A stretch of 64,000 bases of DNA from Scyliorhinus canicula (taxonomy: Eukaryota): the NCBI RefSeq assembly GCF_902713615.1, contig NC_052153.1, positions 20,723,323 through 20,787,322 on the forward strand, in the 5' to 3' direction. The position numbers were made by a program, and so were the translations under genes. The notes beneath the pieces are model-generated. The model was given only the letters and a program-made list of their open reading frames with translations. It did not search any database and was not told the origin of the DNA. Positions 9,806-24,014 of the stretch are shown in pieces (positions within the stretch are counted from its first letter, which is position 1; every line of letters begins with the position of its first letter).

Positions 9806-12800
9806 GATCGCGATCTACTGGCCTCATTGCGAACTTGCTCAAGTGAAACGAGGCCGGTGAATAACGGGAGAGGCCAAAAGCGAGAAGCACGCCAGGCGGC
9901 AAACCAGGATGCAACCGGCCCGCTCCTGTAGGTGAAATCGGGATCTCACTGTAGAGAGGTGAGAAACCAATTATCACCACTTAAGCCCATTTCCATATGA
10001 CTAATGAGAGCCACCCTTTATCCAACGCCCTCCCGTCAGATAATGGCCTCCCCAGCAAGTGCCGATTAGTACTCCTTTTGAAAAATGTGAACTGGGCGGA
10101 AGGGCTTCTGTGGAGAGCTGAGGAGGTGAGAAGCCATCTTGGCTCACAGGCAAAGAGTCTGGGGGTGCTGGGCTTGCTGCCCCTGTACTCAGCGGAGGGG
10201 GTGGGGGACCATCGGCTGAGGGTAGGTTGCCATCGGAAGGTGGGGGGGGGTAACCGGGAGGGGGGGGGGGGCAACCACTCATGGCACCACCATGCCAAAC
10301 CCTGGATTGTGTGTACCCATTCTGGGATCAACCCTTGCCTCTGCCCGTCTGCCTCAATGACCACCCATAACCCCCGCTGACTGCCGAGGCCTCTGGCCAT
10401 GCAGCTGACATCTAGGGAATTGGCTGCCATGGTTAAGTGAGCACTTCACTCAACCTAAGTGGATTCCCATGGGTGGGCCAGCCATGTAGCATGTGGGAAT
10501 GATTGCCTAGCATCCCAATCAGACCGTGATGCCTGCACACTGCAGCAGCCAACGTCCGAACATCCAGGAGATGGAACACAGCTCTGGCTGGAGGGTGGGT
10601 GAGTGCCACGGGGAGGGGGCCAGTGCCCTGTTAAGTTGACGTTGTGAGCGGGTGTCGGGGTACAGGGCGCGTTGCCCGCTGTGACTGGGAGTGTGTGGGC
10701 AGGGCGTTCCGGGTAGGGGGTGGGGAGGATCAGTAAGGGAATGGCGGGTCCCGGGGTGGGAGCCACCGCTATTTGTCAATGTTCCCAATGCCTTAAAGAT
10801 GTTAAATGCTATGTCAGGGATGTTAGACTCAGAGGTTGCCCCAATGGTGCTGGTGCTGCACGATGTGACCAGACACAGGAGAAGGCGTCAGCAACAGTGT
10901 CTGCAGATGTTCGAGGCAATGGCCCATGTGCCGGATTCCACCCTGAGGATCCAGGTGGCCATCAACCGAGGGAGGGACCAAGAGGATGAGTCCCACTACG
11001 GCCCAGGGTGTACAGGCATCGCTGGTCCTTTGAACAAACGACGGACAGTGCGTGCAGCAGGAGGCTCCGCCTCAAAAAGGAGACGGTGCGACACCTGTGC
11101 CATATAGTCACGGACTTGGCACCACACGGAGGAGGAGGAGGACACATGCTCCCAGTGGCCGTCGAGGTCACTGCAGCCCTGAACGTTTCTGCCATGTGAT
11201 CATTTCAGGGCTCTAGCGGGGACCTGTGTGGACCTCACAGGCCACAGCCCACAGGTGCATCCGGCAGGTCACGAATGCCCTGTATACCCGGGCGGTAGAC
11301 TACACTGTCTTTGACATGGAACAGGCTCAGCAAGATGCCTGAGCTGCAGGTTTCTCTGCCATCGCCGGGATACCCGAGGTCCGGGGAGTCATAGATGTCA
11401 TGCATGATGCCTGTACGGCGGCCGGAGACCAAAGTGGAGACTCGCTACAACGAGGCCATGCAGCCACCCGGGCTGTCCATGAGCAGTGCATCGGACTCCT
11501 CAAGATGCGGTTCCAATGCCTCGACAGCTCTGGTGGTGGACTCCAGTACACCGTCCAGAGGGTCGTCTGCTTTGTGGTGGTCTTCTGTGCCCTCCACGAC
11601 CTGGCACAGCAGCGGGACGACAAGCTGGAAGTTGGTGATGAGGAGCGTGTGGCCATCTCCGAGGCGGAGGAGGATGAGGATGATGAGGAGGCTCCAGACC
11701 GGCAGGGGCTGGAGGACAAGGCCGGGGAGGAACCTGAGACCCAGGCGGAGGCTGAGGACATGTGGCAGTGATGAGTGTCCAGCAAGCCCGGAGGGCCAAG
11801 GAGGCTCTCATATTCGCTCGCTTTGCCTTGGGCGTGGCCTGGTCCGTCTTCACAACCTTACCCACCCACCACCCTCATTTACATCCTCCCAGGATATGTG
11901 TCACATCACTCCAGGGTGCTGGGACAGTGTTTTGGCACTGTCAGCGGGTCAGTGTTGAGGACAGGGGAGGTGATGATAACCTGCAGAGAGCTAAGCGCTG
12001 GTGCTCCTCAATCTATGCCATAGTCTGACCCCTGCCTGTCTGCTGAATGCTCGCTCACACCCATCACCTGCACGTAATAATGCATTGGGGAAAAAACTGA
12101 CAGAGGTTTCCTCCTGGTTGTGTACAAGGATGTTTATTGTTCAATACAAGTCCTCTCTCTCCCAATGGGGCCGCCCCACACCCTCCCACCGCCCCAAATA
12201 TCCACTCTCCACACCCACTTTCACCCCCTACCTGCCCCATTTCCCCCCCCCCCCCACCCCCACACTTCCAGTGCCCTCAGTGATAAAACATAGAACATAG
12301 AACATAGAGCAGTACAGCACAGAACAGGCCCTTCGGCCCTCAATGTTGTGCCGAGCCATGATCACCCTACTCAAACCCACGTATCCACCCTATACCCGTA
12401 ACCCAACAACCCCCCCCTTAACCTTACTTTTATTAGGACACTACGGGCAATTTAGCATGGCCAATCCACCTAACCCGCACATCTTTGGACTGTGGGAGGA
12501 AACCGGAGCACCCGGAGGAAACCCACGCACACAGGGGGAGGACGTGCAGACTCCACACAGACAGTGACCCAGCCGGGAATCGAACCTGGGACCCTGGAGC
12601 TGTGAAGCATTTATGCTAACCACCATGCTACCCTGCTGCCCCCCTGATCCTCAATGTGCTTGGCCCTCCGAGCTCTACCACTATGTCGAGGTGTCTCCCC
12701 AGGATTCACAGCTGAGGTGCAGACAACCAGGTGCTTACCTCATCCCATGGTCTTCGATGTTCCTGGTGGATGTCCTCTGAGGGTCCTGGGGCTGGAGGCC

Positions 12801-14760
12801 CCCGGCCCACTTGTCGATGGCCCCGAGATGCGGACACATCAGAGGGGTGGAACCCGGGGGGGATATTGGCCACCGTTGCCGTCCCAAATGATAGTTATAG
12901 AACTTACAGTGCAGAAGGAGGCCATTCGACCCAGCGAGTCTGCACTGGCCCTTGGAAAGAGCACCTGCCTCCACCCTATCCCCGTAACCCAGTAACCCCA
13001 CCTAATAGTTTTTTGGACACTAAGGGCAATTTAGCATGGCCAATCCACCGAACCCTGCACATCTTTGGACTGTGGGAGAAATCCGGAGCAGCCGGAGGAA
13101 ACCCACGCACACACGGGAAGAACGTGCAGACGCCACACAGACAGAATCGAACCTGGGACCCTGGAGCTGTGAAGCAACTGTGCTAACCACTGTGCTACCG
13201 TGCTGGGTGTGGGTTGGCACCCAGGGCCCATAGGCCCCTGGGTTCCACCTTGGGATGGAGGGGCAGCTGGTTCGAGCCCCCCGCATCATCTGGCTCTGCC
13301 AGCCCTGGCGGCTTCCCGATGTCTGCACCATGGTGTCAAAGACCACGGCGATGCTCCTCAGTGATTGCGACATGCTCTGCCATGCCTCGGCAATGCCCAC
13401 CTGCGACCAGGACAGGCTCCGTAGTGCCTCGGCCTCTCCCATCTGAGAGCGGGACATTCATCAAAGTTAGTCTGTACTGCATGACATCCCCCAGTGAGTT
13501 AGGCATTCTGTCGATACCCTTGGCCATGGCCAACATCGACTGCGCGACCTCTTGGACACCTTCCCTTATGGTATTGATGCCGTGCACCAGGCTCCCACTG
13601 CAGTCGCCACTCTAGCTGTGTTGGCCTCAGTGCCACTCATTGCCGGCGCCATCTCCTGTGGCTATAGCCTGTGTGACTCCTCCGACCGCCTATGGATCTG
13701 CTGGAGTGATGCTGACGTCTCCCTCTGAATGTCCCGGCCGCTCCCTATCGTCTCCATCAGCTTCAGGTAACCCTGTTCCAGAGGCTCAGCATCAAGTTGG
13801 GACCCAGCTGGGTCCTGGGATCCAACAGATCTCCAACTGCTGTGTCGGCTGGGGGTTCCTGCCTGATGTACATCAGCAGCAGTGTGGTGCTCACCAGATT
13901 GTGCCCCAGAAGCCTGACCACAAACATTTCCCACCGAGCTGTGTGTATCTGCACTGGTGGAGGGTGGAGGTGCTGCAACTATAACAGTTGCATCCTGATA
14001 GCTCTCTCTGAGGTGCTCTCCTCAGAGTTAGGAGAGGTGCCGCCCGGGATGGGCCGTGGCTGGACGACCTGCAGGAGAATGGACATGTGGTCAGTGGGAG
14101 GGATGGGTCAGTCAGCAAGGCAATCACTACTCACGTTTGGCCACCGGGTGGAGTCTGGTGGTTCCTCACCTCTGTGATGTCCGCCAAGCTGTGGGTGACC
14201 GCCCTGTCCTCCGCCACACCAGTGACGTCCAGGGCCTGTTCCTCAAAGAAGGTGAGGATTCTTAAGTCCACCACCCCACCACCAGTCTGGGCCCCCAGCC
14301 GCCAATTATTGGAGAGCTTTTCCTGAGGAGACACAGAGAGGGTATCATTAGCCACACACACGTGGTTCACAGTTGTGAAGGGGGGTTGGGGGTCACCTGG
14401 GGGGGGGGGGGGGGTGAGGAGGTAGATGCCTCCTTGGGGAGGACGATGGAGGGGCCGTTGGTGTCTGCTCACTCATGCTGCCCGCTGCAGGTCGTTGACC
14501 TTCTTCCGGCACTGTAGGCCAATCCTCCTGGTCACACTCCACAAGTTGACTGCTGCTACCACCTCATCCCAGGCAGCACTGGCTGCCTTGTGGTTCACCC
14601 TCCATGGCCCCTGGGGGAACAGGACATCCCTCTTGGCCTCCACCGTATCCAGGAGCCTCCCCAGGTCAGCATCCCCGAATCTTGGGGCTGGCTCTTCGGC
14701 GAGCTAGTTGGTCGAGCAAGTGCAGCTTAAGTGCTGCTCGACCTTCTGAGTGCCGGGGGA

Positions 14761-14794
<34 letters not shown>

Positions 14795-14977
14795 GTGGCG
14801 TGGAGGGGGGCCTCGGGTGATTGGCGAGCGCGGTGCCGGCAAATCAGCTGGCAAGCCGTCATATGGGGCAAGAAGCACATGAGGCCTCGTTAAATGGACC
14901 AATTAACGTTGACTAGGAAGCCCGAGGGAATTCCCGCTCGTGAGCACACTTAGACATTTTTCCAGAGAATCGCACCC
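9806..14977 (+). mobile_element. Degenerate PIF/Harbinger DNA transposon (DDE transposase on +, Myb/SANT-like gene on -)
   Basis: Transposase fragments RRLRLKKETVRHLC, LPVAVEVTAALN and IGLLKMRFQCLDSSGGGLQY..VVFCALHDLA at 10950-11800. Convergent minus-strand remnant (PAPRFGDADLGRLLDTVEAKRDVLFP, about 14700-14480). Terminal ccagagaatcgcaccc. SINE insertions at 12288-12640 and 12895-13205. Confidence 0.85.
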
Positions 14978-15355
14978 ATGTACGATGTTGGCTGGGAGGT
15001 TATGTGGGCACATCTGCCTTGCAGGTCTGCTCATGTACACTGAGTTCAGGGTCAAAGGATTACAACATCACACCCCATCTCGGTGGCAGTGACTGACAGC
15101 AGATTAAGATATGTATCCATGCAGATATATGTACAGCAATTCACAACATCCCCCTTTCCTCTAAACTAGAGGTTTACCTTCAAAAAAGTAAAACTATCTA
15201 CATTACAGCAAAACATTATGTTATTATTATACCATTATAGAAAGTCTCTGAAATGTATTGGTGGTTTGCTTATCCATCCAGACGTAATGGTTGGAAGCTG
15301 CTGTGTGTTTTCAGAATGCTGCTCCATGATGCTTTGTTTGTATTACATCCTAAAC

Positions 15356-16112
15356 CAGTGATCTTCAAAGTCAGGGGCGCAACCCGCGGGTGGATGGCAG
15401 GCGGGTGTCGGGAGGGTTGCGGAGCCGTTGTCTGCGGCGCTCCAGATCGAGCAAATCCCTGCGCAGCAGCCGGCTTTTCATAACGGCGGCTGCAAGCGGC
15501 CGCAAACATGTTAAAAAAAATTTGCCCGCATTGCGCATGCGCGCTGATCATCGGGTACACATGCGCAGTGCGGCTGCTATTTTTTTAAACGGTTGCAGCT
15601 TTTTGTTTTACAAGTTCTGTAGTGGGTTTTTATTCATTTGTTTTATTCATTTAATTTTATTCATTTTATTTTTTTTACAAGTTCGGGGGGGTTTTATTCA
15701 TTTTTTTCATTTATTTTTCTCATTTTATTTTTATTTTTTTCTGCAAGTTGGCGGGGGGGGGGGGGGGGTTTATTTGATAAAATTTTACAAGAAAAAAATT
15801 CTGAACTTTGGACAGATGGAGACTCCATGCTTTCCGATACCGGAAGGCTTCACCTTCATCCAACAGGTTCCATCGGAGGAGCGTGTACGAGGGTCAAAGG
15901 GACCCAAAACCATTTCCTCCATTTTTGTCAGCAGCAAACAAGGTAAGAGAAAATGGTGGGTCGCGCAGGTCGGCCGGTGTGGGTCGCGAAGGTCGGCCGT
16001 CGTGGGTGGCGAAGGTCGGCCAGCATGGGTCATGAAGGTTGGACGGCGTAGGTCGCGAAGGTTGGCCGGTTGGTAAAAATGGGTCCCCGGACAGAAAGTT
16101 TGAAGAACATTG
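15356..16112. mobile_element. Non-autonomous hAT (Charlie-like) DNA transposon
   Basis: TIRs cagtgatcttcaaag / aaagtttgaagaacattg with 8-bp TSD tcctaaac (15348-15355) / ttctaaac (16113-16120). Confidence 0.85.
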
Positions 16113-16212
16113 TTCTAAACTGTGTTCTATTCGCAACAGGGTCACACTGTGTTTCTGGTTGTGCTCTTTGACATCTGTTTTGTCACACTGTTAAAGAGTT
16201 TGGTGTCTGCAC

Positions 16213-16900
16213 TTCATAGAATTTACAGTGCGGAAGGAGGCCATTTGGCCCATTGCGTCTGCACCCGCCGCTTGGAAAGAGCACTCTACTTCAGCTCACT
16301 CCTCCACCCAATCCCAATAACCCAGTAACCCCAGCTAACCACTGTGATACCATGCTGTCCCAAATCTTTTACTTTTAATTTAGAACACAGAACATAAAAC
16401 ATACAGTGCAGAAGGAGGCCATCAAGTTTGCACCAACCCACTTAAGCCCTCACTTCCATCCTATCCCCGTAACCCAATAACCCCTCCTAACCTTTTTGGT
16501 CACTAAGGGCAATTTATCATGGCCAATCCACCTAACCTGCACATCTTTGGACTGTGGGAGGAAACCAGAGCACCCGGAGGAAACCCACGCACACACGGAG
16601 AGGATGTGCAGACTCCGCACAGACTGTGACCCAAGCCGGCATAGAACCTGGGACCCTGGAGCTGTGAAGCCACTTGTGCTACTATGCTGCCCAATTCATC
16701 CAATTCACTTTTTCCAATTGAGGGGCAGTTTAGCGTGGCCAATCCACCTTCCCTGAACATCTTTGGGTTGTGGGGGTGAAACCCACGCAAACACAGGGAA
16801 AATGTGCAAACTCCACACGGACAGTGACCCAGGGCCGGGAACGAACCTGGGACCTCAGCGCCGTGAGGCAGTAATGCTAACCACTGTGCCACCGTGCTGC
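16213..16900 (-). mobile_element. Cluster of three HE1-type SINE pieces
   Basis: Repeated SINE heads and tails on the minus strand. Confidence 0.85.
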
Positions 16901-18200
16901 ACTCTGCCCTCAATCTTGATACAATCTTGGCTCTGGGGAGGTGCTGAGTGTTCTGTTGGGTTTCATGTGCCATCAGTTATATTGGACTTTTTGTCCAATC
17001 TTCAATTTTGATAATGCATTCCCCACATGCCGATGGTGAGTACCTTTCATCCTGGTCGTTTTTTCTATCTTCTGCTCTGAGGAATATCAGCAAGTGATGA
17101 CTGGGGAGGGATGTTACACTTGTCTGCCAGATAGTAATTCTGCATGGGTTCTGCAGTAGAGTGACGTTTGCAAGTTTCAAACAGGCATACATATACAGAA
17201 CTATGCACATAACCTGTCAGCTGATGATCTACATTGTAGAGTTATGTGGTCTTCTCAGTGTAAGCACATTTCTTCTAATAATGCTCACTGTGGTCTATGG
17301 TCTTCATCATGATTTTTACCAAGGACATCAAGGTCCCTGCTTGCCAGTCGGCCTGGAATCACTGGGCCTACAGTATCCAAGGTGTAAAAACTCAGGGGTG
17401 ACCAGGGTCAATTGTTGCAGCAACACTTGAGTACAATGGACTCCAGGGACAGAATCTCTGAGCCACTATACACCATGAGATTGGGAGTGGTTGGATGAAC
17501 CAGCACCTGCCCCTTCTGTGGATTCATAAATTTCTGTGTGCAAAGTGCAAAGCTCCCATACTGTTATTCAGTTTTGCAATTTGGGTTTTCCCTACATCTG
17601 TGGCCATATAATCCAGGGTGGCAAAGTTGACATCAACGTGCCAGCACATTCTTTGATATTCACCACACGCAATGTCTGCTCACTTTATGTATCGATGGTC
17701 TGATTGCCCTCATCAAGTGGCCACACAGCTTGGCGATATTTCATGGCGTTTTATTTTGGTGATGTATGTTACATGCTCTGGATTGATTGGATTGCTGTAC
17801 TTGCCTGGCCTCTGGCTGTGGGTTCTCATGATGTCAAGCCACTTTTTCTAACCCTTGCTTTCTACGTTGGTGCTGCAGTGTTCCCTGGTGCCACATGCCT
17901 TGACACATAATGAATAAACATAATGCTCTTCGGTGTTCTACATCATTACTTTCAAAGGCAATTGTAAAGTAGCACGGTGTACTGATGCACTTAAAAATGT
18001 ACCACCTGCTGTCAGTGCAGTCAGTAAAGTCACACTCAAAAGCAGTGGATTGTTAGGCGATGTGTAGATCAAGAAATGCACTTATTTTCATGATATGACA
18101 CTGAAGGAATGAGCACATGTTAATCCAGCTATGTGATCGCTTGACCCTTCTTTGAGTTCTATCACATTGCAAACATTATAGAGCAACCATAATAGGGAAA
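16900..18200 (-). mobile_element. Highly degenerate Gypsy pol remnant (probably extends back to about 15250)
   Basis: Interrupted RNase H/integrase-like residue patterns; no intact frame. Confidence 0.45.
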
Positions 18201-18235
18201 TTTCAATGATCCAGATACAGACTGGAATAGTCACA

Positions 18236-19400
18236 GGGCATGATCTAACCAAATTGGAACAGTGTCCCGTGAAGGGTGCGTTTAACTGGGGGTTTCCCCA
18301 CGCTTGCAGCGCTGAGAAACACCTCACTATCTATCGGGACTCGGTTTCAATTTGGGGCCTCAGAGGGGAACGCTTGCCGATGTCGCACTTAGTCCCGTTT
18401 CCTGCACTGAGGAGCTTCACTCGCCTGTACTCCTCAGTCAGGAAGAGAATGGCATCCTGATCTCTCCACCTCCTGGCGCGACTCCTGAAGCCCAACTCAC
18501 CTACAAGAGGGTCTTTGGGCACCCCGGCACCATACCTCACAAGCCCAGGGTACCCTGGACCCAATCCCTGCCATGAGAAAGAGGCCAGCCTGGCACCGTG
18601 GCAATGCCCTGCCAGTGCCACCTGGGTACCTTCGCAGTGCCAGGCCAGCACTACATGCCAGGCTGGTAATGCCAAGGTTACCGAGTGGCACCAGCAGTGC
18701 CAGGGTGTCAGCCTGTCCAGAGAGCAAGCACCTGGGGGCCTCCGATCCCCTGGGGGGCCCCCACAAGTGCCGTTCTATCTGGTCCCCATTTATGCACTGA
18801 ACAGCACTCCCCCGAGGTCTCCGAGGCCAGGGGGTTAGATCCCAATTCCTCGGGCCGATCAAGGAAGTGCATATTACAGTGAGACGAGGGGCAGGATTCT
18901 CTGTTAGCCGACACCAAAATCGGGAAATGCGATTGGCTGGAAAATAGCTTCCGACGTCAAAATTGCGGTAGGCGCCGATTTGATGCCAAATCACGATTTT
19001 CCGTCACCTCGAAAACTGAGTCAATGCGTTTCACTCTCCACGTACAACAGACACCGTTTGCACATCATTAACGAGCCTGACCCGGTATTATCCAGGGCCT
19101 CCGCGTTTCTCCGCCTCCAATGGGCCAAGTTCCCCCTTGTGCTTTTAAAAATCGTGAAACCGACATGGCGGCTGCTGAGGGTGAGAGAGGGCGTACAGAA
19201 AGTGTCCGACATCGCCATAGATGTCCCCCCCAGGCCACCCCCCAAGGTGCCCTCTGGCCCCAGCTGACTCATCAGATGTATGGACGCGCTCCAGCAGAAC
19301 CAGTGCCATCTTGTTGGCTGGAATGAGTGTGTGGGGAGATTGTAATGTGTTAGTGCGGCTGCAGCTTGTCAGCCTCCCGAATGTTGATGACATGTGTAGC
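18236..19400. mobile_element. Harbinger-type non-autonomous elements
   Basis: TIR motif ggggcaggattctc at about 18889; internal sequence is shared with 61740-62370. Confidence 0.55.
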
Positions 19401-21826
19401 CCCTTTTCCAAGATGGCTGCAATTCAAAACTGCCATTCGTTGCTGCAAGCCTACCTCGTGGTGAGTTTTGGCGCCTCTTTTACCGTTTTTTCTTGTATGT
19501 TCCTCGCCGAATTCTTGAAATTTGTCCAGGACTGCCTGGAAGTCGCTCTTGTTTTGCCCCTTTGAGTATTTGAAGGTCTGGAAGATTCCAGCTGCTTTTG
19601 GACCCACGATGGTAAGTAGAAGCTTTATTTTCTCTGCATCCGCCACGCCATCTTGGTCTGACGCTGAAAGTCACCTCTGCAGAACCCTGAAACAAGCAGT
19701 TAGCACCACCTAAAATGATGATATGGTCCTGGAAGACTAAAACTCAGACAAAGATTTCATCTTGGGAGGTGGCTACCCCAGTACCAAATCCGGAGCACAA
19801 CGTGTTGTGCATTGAAGACCCCGACGATGAGTTCTTCGGATTGGGGAATCCTCAGCACAGCATATATGACATCCCAACTCGTGACGCCAAGAGACAGAGA
19901 GCGGTACAAGCCCACAATGCGCGGCCTGCTGCCACACAGAGGGTGGTCCAAGCACCATGAAGGGTCCCAGCCTGCACACAGAAAGCAATGAAAGACTCCA
20001 CAGCGAACTCGTGGACAGCCTCCACAATAGAAGCAACGCAAGGCTCCAGAGCGCAGTCCTTGCATGAACAAGAAGTGATGACAGTCTCCACAGCGAGACC
20101 GATGCACGATTCCACACAGGGAACGCTGCAAGACTCCACAGAGGGGGTGACACAAGCCACCACAGCGAGCTCATGGACAGACTCCACGATCGAAGGAACG
20201 CAAGACTCCAGAGCGCAGTCCTTGCATGAACAAGACGATGAGGGTCTAACAACCTCCTCTGAGCAACCATCAGCAGACAATGCAAGTCTGCCATGCTCAA
20301 GTGAACAACAGAAAGACTATGTTAGTCTGCCACGCTCAAGTGCACAGCAAGAAGACTATGACAGTCGACCACGCTCAAGTGCATGACAAGAAGACATTGA
20401 GGCTCTACCCACTGTATGTGCGACAAATGACGACGGCATCCTACTTCCCATATAGGATGTGCAACGTGACAGACCTCAGCTAGTGTGTACAGAGGCACTC
20501 GTCAATCACAGTGAGACTACTGGTGACTCTGGTGACTCTGGTGACACCATATTACTTCAAACCTCATTCGCTCGAGCTTCTGCACAAGCAAATGCATTCC
20601 TGAACGTTTTGACTCCGGAAGTGGAGCATCACAAAACTTCAGAAGATTCAAGTGAACCTGCAATGACTCCAGACAGGGAGAAACCTCAAGCCAAAGCTGA
20701 TTCAAGTAAGCCGGACTTGACTCCAGACGGGGAGCGCCGCGAACTCAGTGACGGCACGCTCAAGGTAACAGCAGATGCCACAAAGCACGCTGACACGAGT
20801 AACTCTGTGAAGGACTCGTATTATCCACAGAGTGTGGTCCTTGAGCGCAGAAAACAAGACAACAACAAAGACAACGACACGAAGCGTACCAGAGCCAACA
20901 ACGTCGACAGCAAGCACGACAAAAACAACAACAATGGAACTGCGACTGGTACGACATGGTACAACTCTGCAAATGCGGGACACTTACTACTCAGCTCAGT
21001 ACAATGACATACCATGGCAGGACGACACAGATTGTATACATCTCTACCACAAGCATCAGAAGAAAAAAAGACTCCAAATCAGACAACAACGTGATTTGAC
21101 CACTTCTTGGTTCCTTACACACAGGGACACTGACGGCGTTGACAAAACAATGCCACCATCAACATCACCACCTCACCAACCAAACAAGAAAGACACTCGA
21201 CCACAACAATTCATGAATTTTGAACTCACGCATATGATTTGGACTTATTGTTTAATGATCACTGTTATCATAACTTGTACAGAGCATCACTTATCTACCT
21301 GTTTTTGGTCAATTTTCTTGAACAGTCGACAGAAAATATGTAACACGAAAAAAGGGGGGATGTGGTGAAATGCATCACTATAAATACACAAGGGGTTAAT
21401 GTAAATACACGTAGACTAGATAGACACTAGAGGGAGCACCAGAGACATGACACACAAATATTTAACCAATAGGCCAGTAAGATAGGAAACGACCAATGGG
21501 CATTCACGACACACACAGAGGTGACACTACAACAGGGGGCATTACACCAACTGATATAAAAGGACATGATCTTCCTCTTTCCAGTGGAGACACTCAGTGA
21601 GTACACAGGGTTGATTTGAAACACATCACACCCACCACCTGAATTGTAGCAGACTGGTTCGTCAGTCTGAGCAGCTATAGCAGGATTAACAGGAGAGTCA
21701 AATCCAAGTAGGAGAATCGTTAACAGGTTAACAAATGTGTTGAAGCTATCCCTAAGTCTGAACCTTCCTTTGTCAGACTGCACATCAAGGGAGCAGCTTA
21801 TGCAACGTCAAGAGCATAACAAAACA
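19400..21826 (+). mobile_element. Rearranged Gypsy LTR retrotransposon with 3' LTR
   Basis: PPT aaaaagggggga (21349-21360) followed by LTR TGTGG..AAACA (21361-21826). Gag-like fragment KIKLLLTIVGPKAAGIFQTF at 19480-19646. Internal 162-bp and 39-bp repeats. Confidence 0.8.
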
Positions 21827-21829
21827 GTC

Positions 21830-24000
21830 ACCAGCCTGGATTGTTGTCCTTGATGCCACGCATAGCTGGTGCTATGCCCTGCTGCCTTAGTCGTTGAGGT
21901 TTGGACCAATCGGGTTTGGACCCACTGCAGTGTCTATGCGATCCCCTTCTGAATCTCATTGCCGCACTCTAGCATCTGCATCAGCTCTGGGGTAACCTTG
22001 TCCAGAGGCTCAGCACTGGACTGGGACCCAGCTGGATCTTGGGATCCAGCAGACCTCCGACTGCTGACTCCCTTGGGTATTCCTGCCTCCAACTGATGTG
22101 CATCAGCACCCATGTGGTGGCCACCAGATCGTGCCCCAGAGGCATGTCCACTAATGTTGCCCATCGCAGTGTAGGTCACCCCGCTGGTGGAAGTTGGGGG
22201 TGACGGCTGTGATACCTCGATGGTGGCATCCCCAGAGTTCTCCTCAGAAGTGTTCTCTTGGAAAGCGGAGGCCACTCCGGATGGGCCGGAATCATCCGAT
22301 GGAGATCCTACAGGAGAATGAAGATGTGGTCAGGGAGAGGGGAGGATCATTGGCTGGGATTCTCCATCCTGGGACGCCCAGAGTGCATTCTCCTATAGGA
22401 TAGAGAATTGGGTGTTGGGGGGAAAATCGGGATCCGCGCTGGGGCCTGGACATAGTGTTAAGGCCGGAAGGCCAAAAAAGTAGACACCAGTTAAGTTGGC
22501 ACGGGTGCAGGGCACAGTTTAACGTTAGAGAATCGGCATTAATCTGTGTACATGTTTTCACATTGAACACCTGTGCACACTGTTGCAGCCTGCCTCGGTG
22601 CTCTGTCAGAAGGGTGTGAGGGCTGGGCTGGCCGCAGAGGGGGCGCAGGGAGGTGGGGGGGGGGGGGGATGTGTGGATGTTGTCTGTCGGCTTGGCTCAG
22701 GGGCCACAGTTCAGCCAGTGCACACCGCTCCGGTGTCCAATCCCCATCTCCCCACCTCCTCCACCAACAACCCCACCCCTCCCCCCACCTCCCCCTTTCA
22801 TCCCCACCTCCGCCACCCCAGGGATTTGATGGGACTGTGTGATGGAATGGCCAGCTCGCACGCAGGCATTATCCAGGTGGATGGTGGAAAGTGTTACCGT
22901 GGGCAGGACTCACACATTGTCAAACGATGCAGAGCACCAGAGCTCATCGCAGAGCGGGTGGTCATCATCCTCCATCCCATGGACCACACCCGCTGTTCCT
23001 CCCAACCCAGGGCCCCCACCCCATAGTCCAGCAGGTATGTATCATGGGGGAGATTGCAGCCGTGGTGGGGGGGAATGTTGGGGGGAGGGGGGTGTGTGGA
23101 CGGAGAGGGGAGGGGGGATATGGGGGGGGTGGACGGAGAGGGGAGGGGGGATGTGGGGGTGGGGTACGATGTCCGTGCTCCTGGCCAGTCCCTGCCCCCC
23201 CCACTAGTCGGTGAACCTGGAGGCCCAGGTGCACACGTTGTGCAGCCTCCCATCCCTGCCCGTGCCCCATGTCCTGCCCATCCAACCCCTCGCCCTCATC
23301 CTCCTTGTCAGATGAGGCCTGCCATTCTTCTCCTCTATCACGTCGCCCTTAAACTGCACGATGTTGTGGAGGACACAACAGGCCACCATGATGCGGCCAA
23401 GCACCGCTGCTTATGTTCAACACCAGGGCCATTTTGGAAAGAACTAGGGCCATCTTGGGGAGGGGAAGAATGGTAGAGGAATGGCATAGATGCTGAGACC
23501 CAGAGTGCACAGATCTTGCTTCTACTACCTCCAAATGTCATGCCATTGATAAGGTGGATGTCTCGGGGAGGCCATTGCAGACCTGTGTACTTTGCTTTGG
23601 ATGACCTCTGGCACCTGGGACCTAATACCTGGGTCCTTGAAAGCCATGGTGGGAATGAGCTTCTATACAACCGGCACCTTGCAGGGCTCCACCAGGAGCA
23701 AAAGCGGCATTTTCCACGCATCTGCTCTTCATTGCTTCCAAGGAGTAATGTTCAAGAGGACCGGCGAGACCGGATACAGGACAGACGTAGATAGCCAGGC
23801 CAAATGGTTTGTGAGGTTTGAGCCCATCACAGGCTTCCCACAGGCCCAGGGTGGTATTATTTGCACAAATGTGGCAATCGGGGCCTCCTTCCCTTAGAAT
23901 CTTCCTTTCTGCCCCGCCACATAATGGGTCAGGCCAGCACTCTGCTGGTTGGTTGACGGCTGCATAATCACAGTCAGCCAGCTGTTCCTGCCACGAGCGG
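21830..24000 (-). mobile_element. Degenerate Harbinger element pieces
   Basis: RIMVACCVLHNIVQ transposase C-terminus (23300-23410); 21940-22330 is homologous to 13740-14100. Confidence 0.7.
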
Positions 24001-24014
24001 CGTTACCAACCACA

